A stretch of 64,000 nucleotides of DNA from Utricularia gibba (lineage: Eukaryota > Plantae > Magnoliophyta). Location: the NCBI GenBank assembly GCA_002189035.1, contig NEEC01000014.1, positions 2,108,001-2,172,000 on the forward strand, in the 5' to 3' direction. This document shows positions 14,416 to 26,304 of the stretch, one piece after another (the stretch's first letter is position 1; every line of letters starts with the position of its first letter). Below the pieces are notes generated by a model. That model had not been told where the DNA came from and made no database searches. It was given only the letters and a program-made list of their open reading frames with translations. The translations under genes and the position numbers were made by a program.

Positions 14416-14911
14416 CAGTGTTTTAAAAACCTGGGTTCAACCCATGGTTCGATCGAGTTAGATCCGAACCCATGTTTGAATGGATTGGATATAACTCTAC
14501 TTTTTACTTTTAATTTTTTAAATTTTTTATTATTTACTTTATGAGAATGATTATAAATAAATATAAAATATATTATAAATATTAGATATATATTTTAAAA
14601 ATAATTATATTTTTATATATGTATTTGTATTGATATCATAAAATAATCATTTGTATTTAAATTACACATTATTTGAATGAGATATGAAACAATAAATACG
14701 ATTTTGATAAAAAAAATTTGATGTAATTGCATCAATTATTGAGAGATATATTTTTATTTTTATTTATTTTTTTAATATTTTGATGTACTAAATTATGGTT
14801 TTATAATTGTATTCTAATATTTTAATAAGTATAATTTAAAATTAATGAACCCGGTTCAACCCAAAACCATAGTTAAATGGTCCAATGGATTCAACCCATT
14901 TTTAAAACATT
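14416..14911. mobile_element. hAT-type MITE, about 496 bp
   Basis: Left end CAGTGTTTTAAAAA and right end TTTTTAAAACATT (imperfect TIR). 8-bp direct repeat ATAGAGAT at 14408-14415 and 14912-14919. Subterminal GTTCAACCC/GAACCC motifs and an AT-rich core. Confidence 0.8.
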
Positions 14912-16275
14912 ATAGAGATAGAAATAATTTTTGAAAGAGTATAAATAAAAAATATGTCTTAATATAGATATAATTCAACTCTTATTTATTTATGTATATC
15001 ATCCCACATGCTCAATATGGTATGGCAAGTTGATGAAACTTAAAAGAATTGATGGAACTTATGCATCAATATGGAAAATTTACCAAATTCAAATATAGTA
15101 AAAATTGACAGACTAACCACTCATTATTAACTTTATAAGTGGTGGCGCTTGCCAGTTCTTAGCCACGCTTGTAAATCAAGCAACGTTTATGTTGCTAGCA
15201 TTTCAAATGAAAACGAATGGACATGTTTATTTTGATTTTTCCTCTAAAATACACAGGAAAATAAATGATGTCGGGATCCTTATTAGCAGCAAGTGCTCGA
15301 GATCAGCCAGGTTGCAAAGATATTTCAAGTGAGAAAGGCGAGTATTGGGATCCTGATTGTAATGCCATCATATTATCAGAGTGTTTTTAAAAAAAAAAAG
15401 AAAATTGTGGTGGTTGGACGACCAAGAGAAACAGTACGGCTTCGGGGTGCAGAACAATGGCATGTGGCTTTTCCTTTTTCTCCGAGGCGCATTGAATGGA
15501 GGTACTGTTGAAAAGGGTACTATATACCCTCATCTAGTTGCTAATTAGAGTGCTGAAGGGGATCAGCTAAGTAGACTCTTGTGAATTCTCTCCATCAAAC
15601 CAGGCTCTCACACAACATCTGTGTTTGAATCATGTGAGCTTCCCCATAAACATCACAGAGAAGAAGAGGGGAGGAGGTACGGTGAGGTAGACTTACGTAG
15701 AGAAAGATGGTTTCAGGCGTCGAAAGAATAGGACCGGTGGGCCGAGGGGATATACCATTTCATAGGATAAAGGAACCATCAGAAAAGAGCTGAAAATCCA
15801 ACTCATGTATGTTTACTTTGTAATGTAGATTTGGACTTTTCAGGATCTGGTTCGTGTTGCTTGTGAGTCCTTGTAAAGTGGATTTTGCAAAGGCGGGGGT
15901 TTTTTCCCCTCGAGATTAGGGTTTCGTTGGGGCTGCTGGTTTGAGACTAAACACAAAGCACAATGATCCCAATCATGTGGCTCTTACGTAAGGAAAGAAA
16001 AAAGGAAGAGAGATGCTGATGTGAAATCATGAGAACAGATGAAGAACTACAAGAGAAAAAAGGTTATCTCTCGAGCTCCGCCAAATGACAAGAAAACATT
16101 AGTTAAGAGACAAAAAAGAAAAGGGAAATTCACACTTGAAATTCTTACCCACGGCCCTTTTTCTTCTTCCCCATGCTGCACTTGGAGCATAAACTTATCG
16201 ATAAAAGACCCCCCTTTCCACATTTTGCTCATAGAAGCCTCTGATCAGGTCTCTCTCTTTTTCTGGGTTTTTGCA

Positions 16276-17131
16276 ATGATGATGAGAGCTGAGGATCTTG
16301 AAGCTATAAACAGTGACTCGTCATCTAGCAGTCGTTGCCAGGACTGCGGGAATCAAGCGAAGAAAGATTGCGAGCATCTCAGATGCAGAACTTGCTGCAG
16401 AAGCCGAGGATTCCATTGCCAAACCCACGTGAAAAGCACGTGGACTCCGATGTCCAGACGCCGCCCTAAACACGCTGTGGATCTGCAACATGGACCGAAT
16501 GTTAAGAGATGCAGAGACCACCACCAGGAGTTATTAGGTGAATCACTTACTGTTGTGGTCCAGATTCGAAATTTTCTCAGATCATGTGCTTTCTTGTTTT
16601 TTGAAGTCCTTCATACTCAAACCCTAGCCCCAGTCAGATGTCTAATGCCATCTTTCTCAGCATTTCGTCGATTCAAAAATGTGGGTTTTTGAAGCTGAAG
16701 TACATTTTCTTAGGTTGTGGATTTTTCTTTTGGTTGTTTGATGTCGTGATGGTGATTTAGGGTTTGAAGGAAGAGATTTTCCGGGGGAAGTATGTTTCCC
16801 GGCGGTGTTCCGGGCGGTGAGGGTGAGCTCTTATAACAACACGGTGGATCAGTTTGCATACCAAACATCGGTTAACATAGGGGGGCACAATTTCACCGGG
16901 ATATTATACGATCAGGGCCCAGAACCCGACGGAACGGAAAATTTTCTCGGCAGAGAGAGCTCCTCCACCACTGGCGGTGGCGGTGGCGCTGGTGGCAGCA
17001 TACTCCAGCATCACTTTCCGGCAAGTACAACGTTTGCTGGCACAAGTACAACATCTCCGCATTATCCTACTTCCCAGTTCCCTGCTTTTACCTTCGCTGG
17101 CTCACAGTTTTTTCACTACCCAAAATCTTGA
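16276..17131 (+). CDS. SHI/STY-related (SRS) transcription factor
   Basis: Exons 16276-16537 and 16761-17131. RING-like [36 protein letters not shown] and IGGH domain [18 protein letters not shown]. Confidence 0.92.
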
Positions 17132-19335
17132 GCACTGTTTGTAATCTCCATCAGACCCCATCTCTGATGGCACATCCATCACCCTCGGATGGTTCATAAC
17201 TCTAGTACTCATTTACTTATTCTAATTGGAAATCTTGAAAACCTTGCGGCAAATGCAAGATTTGTGAAGTAAATTGTGATAGTTCCGCAGTGAGTTCTAG
17301 TTCCAGTACATTTGCATTTTATTTTGAAGGGAATCTGAAGTTCGATTTAGAGGCGCCGTGATGACTAAGAATGCCTGTGCGATGGTACGTTTGTTAGGTT
17401 CTTTCTTCATCTCTTGTAGCAGAATGAAAACAGTGCTTCTCTTTGTACAAACCCTATCCATCCACAGGGAAATTGAATTCCCTTGCATTTTTTTTTCATT
17501 TTTTTGAATAAATAATGCATACCAAAGTAAATATCCATTGAAGATTATAACACAGCTTGTGTGTTGAACTCCAGCTTTACATGTCAGTGCAGTCATTTGA
17601 ATATAAAAGACAATATCATTATCATGAATTGATCACAAGTACGACTTAAGGCATTATAACCAAATCATCAGCCGATTTAAAGTGATTCACATCAGGCCCA
17701 ATGCCATCTCCCCCCTTTGCTTTCTATCGGGTTCGATAGTCTTGTGTGTGCGCTCGCACTGCGTTGCCAAGAAGAGGCAGTGAGCTTTTCAACAAAACTC
17801 TTGCCTTTGCTTCTGTTGAAGAAGCCAGGAAGAGAAGGGGGTAAAAAAAAGAGGGGTCGGAACCCTAACTTCTAGGTTAGGTTAAAATGTAGCGTCGTAG
17901 GGTGAAATGGGAGGACCCGTGGACAATGCGCTTGCTCCTTCGTTATTTTCAGGGCAACATTTCGTAGCCACCATGTTCATGAATCTTTCATAAATTCTTG
18001 AAAATCATTTTCTTTTACGTATAATAAAAGAGAAATTGGGAATCTGTAAGTTATCAAAAATAATTATTTAGATTAAAAATTGTTCATATTTAATAATATA
18101 ACGTTTTATTAGTCTCGATTTTTTATGAAATTAAATATGCATCGTTTAAGTTCTTATGTGCATTTGCTACATAGTTCTTGCGTTCAACTAAGGACCGGTC
18201 CCAACACGAGGGAGCAAATGCCCAACCTTCTCATCTCTTACTCCACACAGAATTGGAATCTTGACTAACCTAAAACGGCCACATGAATTCTAATGTATGA
18301 AAATTAATTATTCTAATCAATAAAATAATGGGTGTTTTGAACTTTGGATGTCGTCGATGGCAGAGAAGTTGTTTGTTTAGTGCTTAAGTGCGTAGTGGGA
18401 TGGGTTCATTTAGACAACACCTGTCCGATCCTGACTGGAGATTCAGCACTGCAGCAAAGGCTTAATGTGAGAAGAAAACTCAGAAGACGCAGATGAGTGG
18501 GTAATTTCACCGCAGTAAAAGTAATGATCTCAGAGAGCACTTAACCGCACACTCACAAGAAAAGAAAGATATTGCTACTACAAACAAACCATAAGTAAAA
18601 AATGCAAGGACGCAATCCCTGTTTCCCTAATTTTACGGTATTTAAATTCAAAACCTCTTGTTAAATACATAATCCCATGTTTATGTTGGTTATCTTTTTT
18701 GGAACGAAGATTCATAGGATGAAATTCCAAGGTGTGCGTCTGTGCATTAAAATCTAGTTCCAAAACAAGCCAGTGTCACATTGGTCCGAACTTAATATAT
18801 ACGTTATTTTTTAATTTTGTCAACCAGAGCATCTTGGATTGACCCATCGAATCTTCTTAAGAGTTACCCGATCGATTTTAAAAGACGGGTGTTCATTATT
18901 CAATCATATTTCTAACCATCATTCAAGATCTGTGTAATCTAGGAGATTGTTATGTAAGATTATTCTGATTTTAAAAATGAAATTAATTACTTCAGCCCTG
19001 AAACTTTATTACTGAATGGCGAATCCTAAGGGAAAAAGAAGAGTTCAAGTCCCGAGTCTTATTTCGCACAAAAGCAGCCAGCCCGCTAAGGAGAACCAGA
19101 TGGGGCCTAAAGTAGGGGAAAGAAAGAACTGTTGTAGTCACAGAGTCCAGACGAAGACATTTCGATCCAAGAGAAAAGGGATGCTCGTAATGAAGAAAAC
19201 AGCGACATTCTGATGAACTGAGAGTGGAGCCTCGTAAGCAGCACCAGAATCCTACTCTCTCTTAGTTATGATCTGTACTCTTAAATATTAACATTCTCAC
19301 TCTACATATGCATAAAGATTGTTCATTTTTCATAT

Positions 19336-19511
19336 TGTTAGAATATACAATACTATATCAAAAATATGAAAATGAAATAATCTAATATATAATAATATAC
19401 AATCATAAGTAATCGGGTTGATTCTAATCTTTTTTATTGTGATATATGTTTATTATGTATTTGAGATTTGTGTGTACGCACACTCAACTCATAGGATCTT
19501 AAATTTCAACA
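19336..19511 (+). mobile_element. Diverged solo LTR related to the TRIM at 24 kb
   Basis: Begins TGTTAGAATA, ends GGATCTTAAATTTCAACA, and is collinear with the LTR at 24359-24529. Flanked by CATAT/CATAC (4/5 TSD match). Confidence 0.75.
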
Positions 19512-21299
19512 CATACTACAAACGAAATGGATTTTGAAGGATGATTTCGTTTCGTTAAGCAGGCGCTGTGGACCATTAGCGGACTACGAGAAGCTTCATC
19601 GGGCATTAAAGGGATGCAAAGATACAGGAGAAGAGTGGGGATGGCACCATCCACGGAGCAGCGGAAGGATGGTGGGTCAGTTTAGCCTGGACCATGGAAG
19701 CATCAGCGGGCCAACTGCACCGTACAGCGCAGCCCCCATTCTATGAATGATCCATTAAAGAAAACTTGGCTGCACTCGTCACTAAACCGCTCCTGATTGG
19801 TCAGAGCAGGCTGTTGATGTTGATCTTTGCACAAACTGTGCGTTCCCAAACACCCAAGACACTACCAGCAAAAGCTCGTAGCAAAAGGGTAAGGAAGTAC
19901 GCACTACAGTGTACATGTGAATAGATCTATCTATTCGATCAGTAGCTGCTGCATCCATCCATTGATTTTGGTACAATAAATGTCGATGACTTCGTACCAA
20001 TTAATTAGTAGTTTATCTTCTCGGAAAAAATAGGCGTCGGAAGATGAGGATTCCCCACGCCGGAAGACTTTGGAGGTGTAAATTCCTTTAGCTTTTTTAA
20101 AAAACTAGGACGAGGAATTAGCCATGGGAAGGATGACTTTTTGTGGCATTTTGACTCTAGGTAAATTAATAAACACGTATAATTAAAATTGAAATTGTGC
20201 ATGCGATAGATGTATTTAAAATAAATTAAAACTAGGTTGATTACATTGGATATAATTACAAGAAAAATTTAATGATTGCACCAACTTTTTTCAATTTAAA
20301 TATAACTTTTAATCGAAATCTCAATATTAGAAAAATATAAAAAATGTTATGAAAAATTTTTAGTTTTATTCTAAAATACTATCAATTGTAAAATTAATTC
20401 TATCAAAAGCAATTTTAAAATTATACTACAAAAATTATTTTTAGAAAATTAAGTAATGTGTTATTTTTCCATTTCTTTTTAACTATTATACAGTTTTCTA
20501 AAATAATTACAATTTATTTCTATTTATATCAATTATTTCTAATTTACTAAATTAATTCTGAAAAATTAGAAATAGATTTTAAAATTTTTTCAATAACATT
20601 GCTATAGTGTTTCCAATTTATAAAAATGGTTGAATTCTATTTAAAAAAATCAAAATGCGAATTAAATTCAGTTTAACATTTAATTAAATAAAACAACAAA
20701 AAAACTGTAAATTGCTACACGTGCCCCTTAAAAAATTATTTTGGTTTTTGGAGTATATTTATTGTTTCGGCGTTGTTTTCAAGCCGAGCCTAGTTATTAT
20801 TTTATATTAAAAAAACCGGCAAGCCTATTGGGTTGGTTCAAGAAAAAAGGCGTGTGATTTTTTCAAAGCGAGACTGTGGACGTTCCAAATTCCAGCTGCC
20901 CCTTCCCATCCGTCTCCCTCCCTCGGATTCAATTCAACGCCGTCCACGTTTATAAGCACACAAAAATAATGCTAATTTCATTCTACGCCGACGGGCCCCA
21001 CGCTCCACTCCTCCTGTTTAGGTAGGAAGAATCCCGGGGGTGACTCCTCCTATCCAATGCGTGGTTTCTGGGCATATGATATGTAGATATCATTCGTGTT
21101 ATTGGGTAAATGTTGGCGTTGGATTTGGAGTTTCGTCATCCCTGGTAAAAAAAGGGGAAAAAGTTATTTGTTTTACTTATTTGTTGATCATTTATTGCGT
21201 TTTTATTGGTTTTTGTGGGAAGGTAGATGGATAGTGATGCGTGTGAGATTCCGTTTGTTGTAGCATTTTTATGGTAGTAAAGTGGTTGATTTTTGGGGT

Positions 21300-22365
21300 A
21301 TGGAGTGCACAGAAGCGAGAGCGCTGAAACCGGGTTTTTTGTCGCAAATGGGTACCAAGACTTCTTCGCAGATTTTCTGTAACGACGACGTTTGGTGCTT
21401 CAACGCCGCTGCCGGTGCAGTGTCAGAGGATTTTCCGGTTGAGGAACTCCTTAACCTCGACTTCTCCGACAAGGAGTTTCAGGACTGTGAGGATTTTGAG
21501 GAACATGGAGAGGGGTTAAGCAAATTAGGCTCCAATAATTCTTCCTCCGCCTTCTCCGGCGGGGCCGACGACTTCGATAGCCTCTCCACCGGCAACCTCA
21601 CCGATGAGGTGAGATATTTTAACTGATTACGTCTTGAGTTTTCTGTGGTGGGGAAAGGAGAAAGGAGCATTTTTTATATTTGGAATATTTTACTGTGAGC
21701 AGTTGATTATTTTTTCTTTCTTGTTTTTTTAGCAGGTCGAAGGTTTGGAGAGTCTAGAGTGGCTATCTCAATTCGTGGATGATTCCATGGCGGAGCTGCC
21801 GTCGTTGTGGCCCACGGTGAAAGCTTTCACGCACGGCAGCGGGACTGTTAACCCGCCGTCGCAGGAAAACCGGGTCGCGCACTTCCCTATTCCGGTTCCC
21901 CGGAAAAGACGGAATAAACGGCTGAGATCAAACGGACTGCCATGGTCTTTGGTGTCGCTGCCGTTGAGCTCCGTTTACTCAACATCTGCAGCGTCGTCGT
22001 CATCCCACGGCTCATCATCTCTTCCCGCGTCAGTTTTCCCACCTCACCTCCAGGATTGGCTTCCCAGCATAGAGAAGGCGCCGTCTGCGAAAAAGCCGAA
22101 GAGAAAACCAGAGAGCGAAAGCGGCACCGTATCCGGGCGGCGGTGCACGCACTGCCAGGTTCAGAAGACCCCGCAGTGGAGAACCGGACCCCTGGGTCCG
22201 AAAACGCTATGCAACGCGTGCGGCGTCCGGTTCAAGTCAGGTCGGTTGTTACCAGAATACAGACCGGCTTGCAGCCCGACGTTTTCCCAGGCGGTGCATT
22301 CTAATAGTCACCGAAAAGTTTTGGAGATGCGGCGGATGAAGGAGATGACGGCGGCGGGGTTTTAG
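21300..22365 (+). CDS. GATA transcription factor (subfamily A, GATA5/7-like)
   Basis: Exon 21300-21608 and exon 21733 (or 21736)-22365. [10 protein letters not shown] and LEWLSQF boxes; zinc finger [27 protein letters not shown]. Confidence 0.92.
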
Positions 22366-23117
22366 TGAGTTGTTCGACCGGACCGGGTTCTGCCTTACAT
22401 TAATCACGACCAAGAACAGTTAATTCCCTAGTCACTTATGGACCTAAAGCTAGAAGTCTTTAACTTATATTTAGCGAGGGAGTCTTTGATAATCTCGAAT
22501 CACTTTTACTGTAATACGCTTTAAATTACTAATATTATTAATTATATCTAAAATAAAATACATTTTTTATAATTAATTATTAATTTCTTCTTACCGAAAA
22601 AACAAACGTCTTGTAAATATTTTTAATTATAAAGGTATCTGAAAATTGGAAATAATATATGAAATTGGCCCTTGGTATTGTCTCATTCAATATGCTACTG
22701 TGTTGATCCGTAGGCCCTTGTTTTGTGAAGTACACTTATGGGAAGCATTATTGTGATTTAAAGGAAAGTGACGTGGACGAATTGGGGTGGCCCCAAGGGC
22801 ACTAAATTTAATTTCATTTCGGGGAATTTATGATAGTACTGTAGTTTCAATATCAATTTTATAAGGAAAAAAACAATAAATATTTGAAAATTACTGAGCA
22901 TTGGTCTCTTCCTTAGCTGGGCCACCACACCGACAAGACACATGGTTGGGTTGGGCCCTTGTGATCTTGTCCCCTAGCCCTTGGACAAGCATTCACTCAT
23001 ACACACAGATTCGCCCCTTTGAAACATCCAGAAAAACAAAAAAGAAGAAAATGGTGAAGATATCAGTTAGCAAGTTGCTTGCCGCTTGGAGTAGTAGATA
23101 AAGCAGTTACGAGATCG

Positions 23118-24584
23118 TTACTTCAGCGAGTATTTCCGCCTCTTCAGAGGCTCCGACCGTGTCTCCTTTGAGCATCCTGCAGTGAAGAAAAATGCCTTAG
23201 ATACAGATCGATGGCACTGGGATAAACTTTTCCACATCGAAGAATCGAAGAACCTCTTGAGTTCGAATCAAACACTGTTGAAATTAAGAATCTGATAGGA
23301 AAGACTAATACATTTAAAACCTAAATACATGAAAAATATGAATCATATTAAAAAAAATTAAATATAATTAATTAATATTGATACAAAACTCATCTTGATC
23401 ATTCAAATACTATCACAAATTAAACACTTTGATACCATATTGAAATTAAGAATTAAATGGATTGGACGAATATATATAAAATTTAATTACATAAAAAATA
23501 TAAATTATATTAAAAAAATTGAACTCAATCGATTATTAATGATTTATAATTTATTATATATTTAATTATTTTAATATCATCTTAAGATATGAAATTATGT
23601 GTTCTAATAAACACAATCTTTTCATGCTTCTTGCGATTGCTACTTTGGGAGCAGGAGTGGATGGGATCCAATGGTCATCTTGTCATGGGTAACCGGAGCG
23701 GAGGGGCAGTGATACAGGGGATACAGTTGAAGGCTTACCTACCACCCCAAGCGTCGTCCCACACCCTTAAAGGGATTCTTAAACTTGGGTTCAGTGTGGA
23801 CTCTGAGAAAGCAACCAGGATTTATGGCTTGAACAATCTATACGCAATAAAAATGTCAAGTCCCAGAAGCGGTAGGCTTTTCAGGTTCTCTGTAATCCAG
23901 AATAGGAGCAAACTCCACTGCAGAATCAGTCTCTTCGAGACTAATTCCAGCAGAGGCTTTTGTCTCCATAGTGTCTATTTAACCCTCATTCATTAAAATG
24001 AAAGTGAAATAGTATAAGTATATAAGAAATTGTGTATCACTAATAATTGGTTGTGCCTAATTTTTTTTAATGTGATCCACGTTTCTTGTATACTTGGGCT
24101 TCACGTGTACGCTCGTATGACCCATCGGATCCTGAATTTCAACATGGTATCAGAGCGTTTGCCTCACGACACAGCTTGGATGGCCAAGATGGGTTTCGTA
24201 TTGGTCTGAGGTACGGTTAAAAAAAAACAAGGAGATGCATTGAGCTTAGGTGACAAAAAAATTAGATCGACCTATGACCTGATTACTACTTACAATCACA
24301 TACACAAAAAAAAAACAAGTCTTAACCGGATCGAAGACTAGTTCGACTTGAGGGTGAGTGTTAGAATACATAATCCCAAATCGGAAAATGAAAGTGAAAT
24401 AATCAAGTATATAAGAAATTGTGGATCATTAATAATCGGTTGGGCCTAATCTTTTCTAATGTGATCCACGTTTCTTGTATACTTGGGCTTCACGTGTGCG
24501 CTCGACCCATCGGATCCTGAATTTCAACACATTATACCATCTCCTGTCCTCACACATGAGAATTTCCTCAACGTTGCCCCCAAG
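23118..24584 (-). pseudogene. UFD1: UFD1 (ubiquitin fusion degradation 1) pseudogene, 3' part, interrupted by a TRIM
   Basis: Removing the TRIM gives LGATLRKFSCVRTGDGIMNEG*IDTMETKASAGISLEETDSAVEFAPILDYREPEKP, matching the UFD1 motif LETTLRNFSCLTTGDSIM...IETDCEVDFAPPLDYKEPE. Downstream: SHP box EPKFKNPFKGVGRRL, KIVF, and terminal RKYSLK*. Stops and frameshifts are present; no 5' exons were found. Confidence 0.85.
23996..24529 (+). mobile_element. TRIM (terminal-repeat retrotransposon in miniature)
   Basis: 5' LTR 23996-24144 lacks about 27 bp at its start. PBS TGGTATCAGAGC (tRNA-Met complement) at 24145-24156, then a ~214-bp non-coding interior and purine tract GAGGGTGAG. Full 3' LTR 24359-24529 (TG...CA). 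CATTA occurs on both flanks. Confidence 0.92.
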
Positions 24585-25283
24585 CTGCAGGGAGCCAATT
24601 GAACTGGTGCTTCTCACTGGTCATGCTAATGGGCCGTTATACAATTATGGGCCGGCTCAACATCTAGAAAGGTTTCCCGGCCTGTTATTAATATTTTATA
24701 ATTTTCTTAAAAGAAAATTTATGTATTTTATATAATTTTTCTTTATTGTTGCTAATTTTAAAATTAATTTTATTTAAAGAATATATTTTACATCAATAAG
24801 AATAAAATAATTATTAAATTAAAATAAAGTGTTAATACTTCGAAACTATATAGTTAATTACTATTTTGAAACATGTGGAACTCAATTGCAAATATTTTGA
24901 AAAGATGGATGATTTGCATATCTGTTATTTCCCATTTATAAAATTATTTACGTATATAAATTAATAGATATATTTATTTAATAGATTATATGGAATGCTA
25001 CTTATTCTGTAGATGGAGGAACGTAGTAGAGGTTTTCAAAATAGCAAAAAATAGAAATTTTATAAATAATAGTAGGTATTCCCAGAATAGAAAGCATTGC
25101 AAATTTACAAGCATCAAATACGGTAACAAATCACAGATCCAGCAGCAACAGCGAGGGAAATGATCTGATCCAATTGAATGAAATGCCCGTGAATACTCAC
25201 TTTCTACGCCAACATTTTTTAGGAAGAAAGCTGATAACTTCGAATCTAACTTGGAGTTGTCAAGGGGGGAAAAAAGAAGAGAT

Positions 25284-26304
25284 TCAAGAGCGGGGAACTG
25301 CTGGCGGCGTGAAGAATCCGAGCTTCGGGTGGTGGAAAATGCTGGGGTGAGGAGGGAACGCAATTTTCGGAAACGGAGGAAGTGGGTGTGTAGGGAATTT
25401 CGGAAATGGCGGTTTAGTGATTTTGGGGAACGGGGGGAATGGATGTGGAGTAAAGATTTTGGGGAATGGGGGAAGTGGGTGGTGAAAGGGGAACGGAGGA
25501 TGGATCGGCTTCGTAACCGGGGGTGGTTTGTAAACTGGTGTCGGCGGTTTCACGGTCGGAGTTGGGGGCTTGTAGGCGGGACTCGGCGGTTTGTAGGTCG
25601 GAGTTGGGGGTTTGTACACTGGGGGTTTCACCGGTGGCTTGACGATTACTGGCGGTTTGGGCACGGAGGGGACCGGTGGTTTGAAAATCGGCGGGTGACT
25701 GAACCAGGGGTGGCCGAAGCTCTGCAATGGGGGCAGGGGAAGTTTCGGGAGCGGTGGGTGTTTGAAATAAGGCCACAAGAACTTAGAAGTGCATGATGCA
25801 GATGAAAATTTGAGGTTTTTGTCGAGTGCGAAAGCGATTTTTCCCTTCCCAAGCGACTTGACAACAATGTCGATGGTAGTCCCGGCGCCGGCGCAGGGTA
25901 ATGCCGCGGCGTTGTGGAGTTGAGCGAAGCAGTCGTGCTTCAGTTTATCGCCGTTCACAACTTCTTTCGGAAGCGCGATTTTGAAACTCCCATCTTCTGC
26001 TAATTCACCAGCCCCAAAAGTTGTCACCTTCCCATTCGGAAGTTTGCAGTCAATGCTGACATGCAACCCTGCACCATACACAGAAAAGACACAAATGTCA
26101 TTACAGTGTTCAGTATTGCCAAGGACAAAATCAGTTCGTGCAAGTAGCAGTTACCTGCGAAAGCCTGGCTAGCCTTGAAGTTGTTGGAGACGCAGTCGGT
26201 GCATTCGACGGACCGGCGACGTGGAACGAGGTCGCATCGGCGAGGCATAAGGTCACAGAAGCAAGGAGCAAAGACAGCAAGAGGAGACCATTAAGAGTCC
26301 CCAT
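25284..26304 (-). CDS. Pollen Ole e 1-domain proline-rich cell-wall protein (PRP2/PRP4-like); 1-nt frameshift in exon 1 as assembled
   Basis: Signal peptide MGTLNGLLLLSLLLASVTLCLA, then VECTDC...QAFAG|LHVSIDC and KPP/PVYKPP repeats. Exons 26304-26155 and 26068-25284 total 935 nt, one short of a multiple of 3. Confidence 0.85.

Noticed and set aside
17765-17786. Partial miR408 complement (GAAGAGGCAGTG)
   Set aside because: Mismatches at positions 1, 3 and 16 plus a bulge; about 640 bp past the SRS stop; no precursor-length hairpin.
19016-19330. Possible Gypsy/Tat LTR fragment next to the solo LTR
   Set aside because: Only a compositional impression; no termini, PBS or TSD found.
20190-20720. 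AT-rich tracts here and at 32930-33360, 36500-36760 and 52920-53600 as MITEs or Helitrons
   Set aside because: No convincing TIR/TSD pair, and no hairpin plus CTAG end, could be established by eye.
23275-23590. Two ~160-bp AT-rich units starting TTGAAATTAAGAAT
   Set aside because: Similarity is weak and could arise from low complexity.
23589-23996. 135-aa plus-strand ORF
   Set aside because: Antisense to the UFD1 pseudogene, with no recognisable domain.
25251-25796. 181-aa plus-strand ORF
   Set aside because: Antisense shadow of the proline-rich PRP exon.
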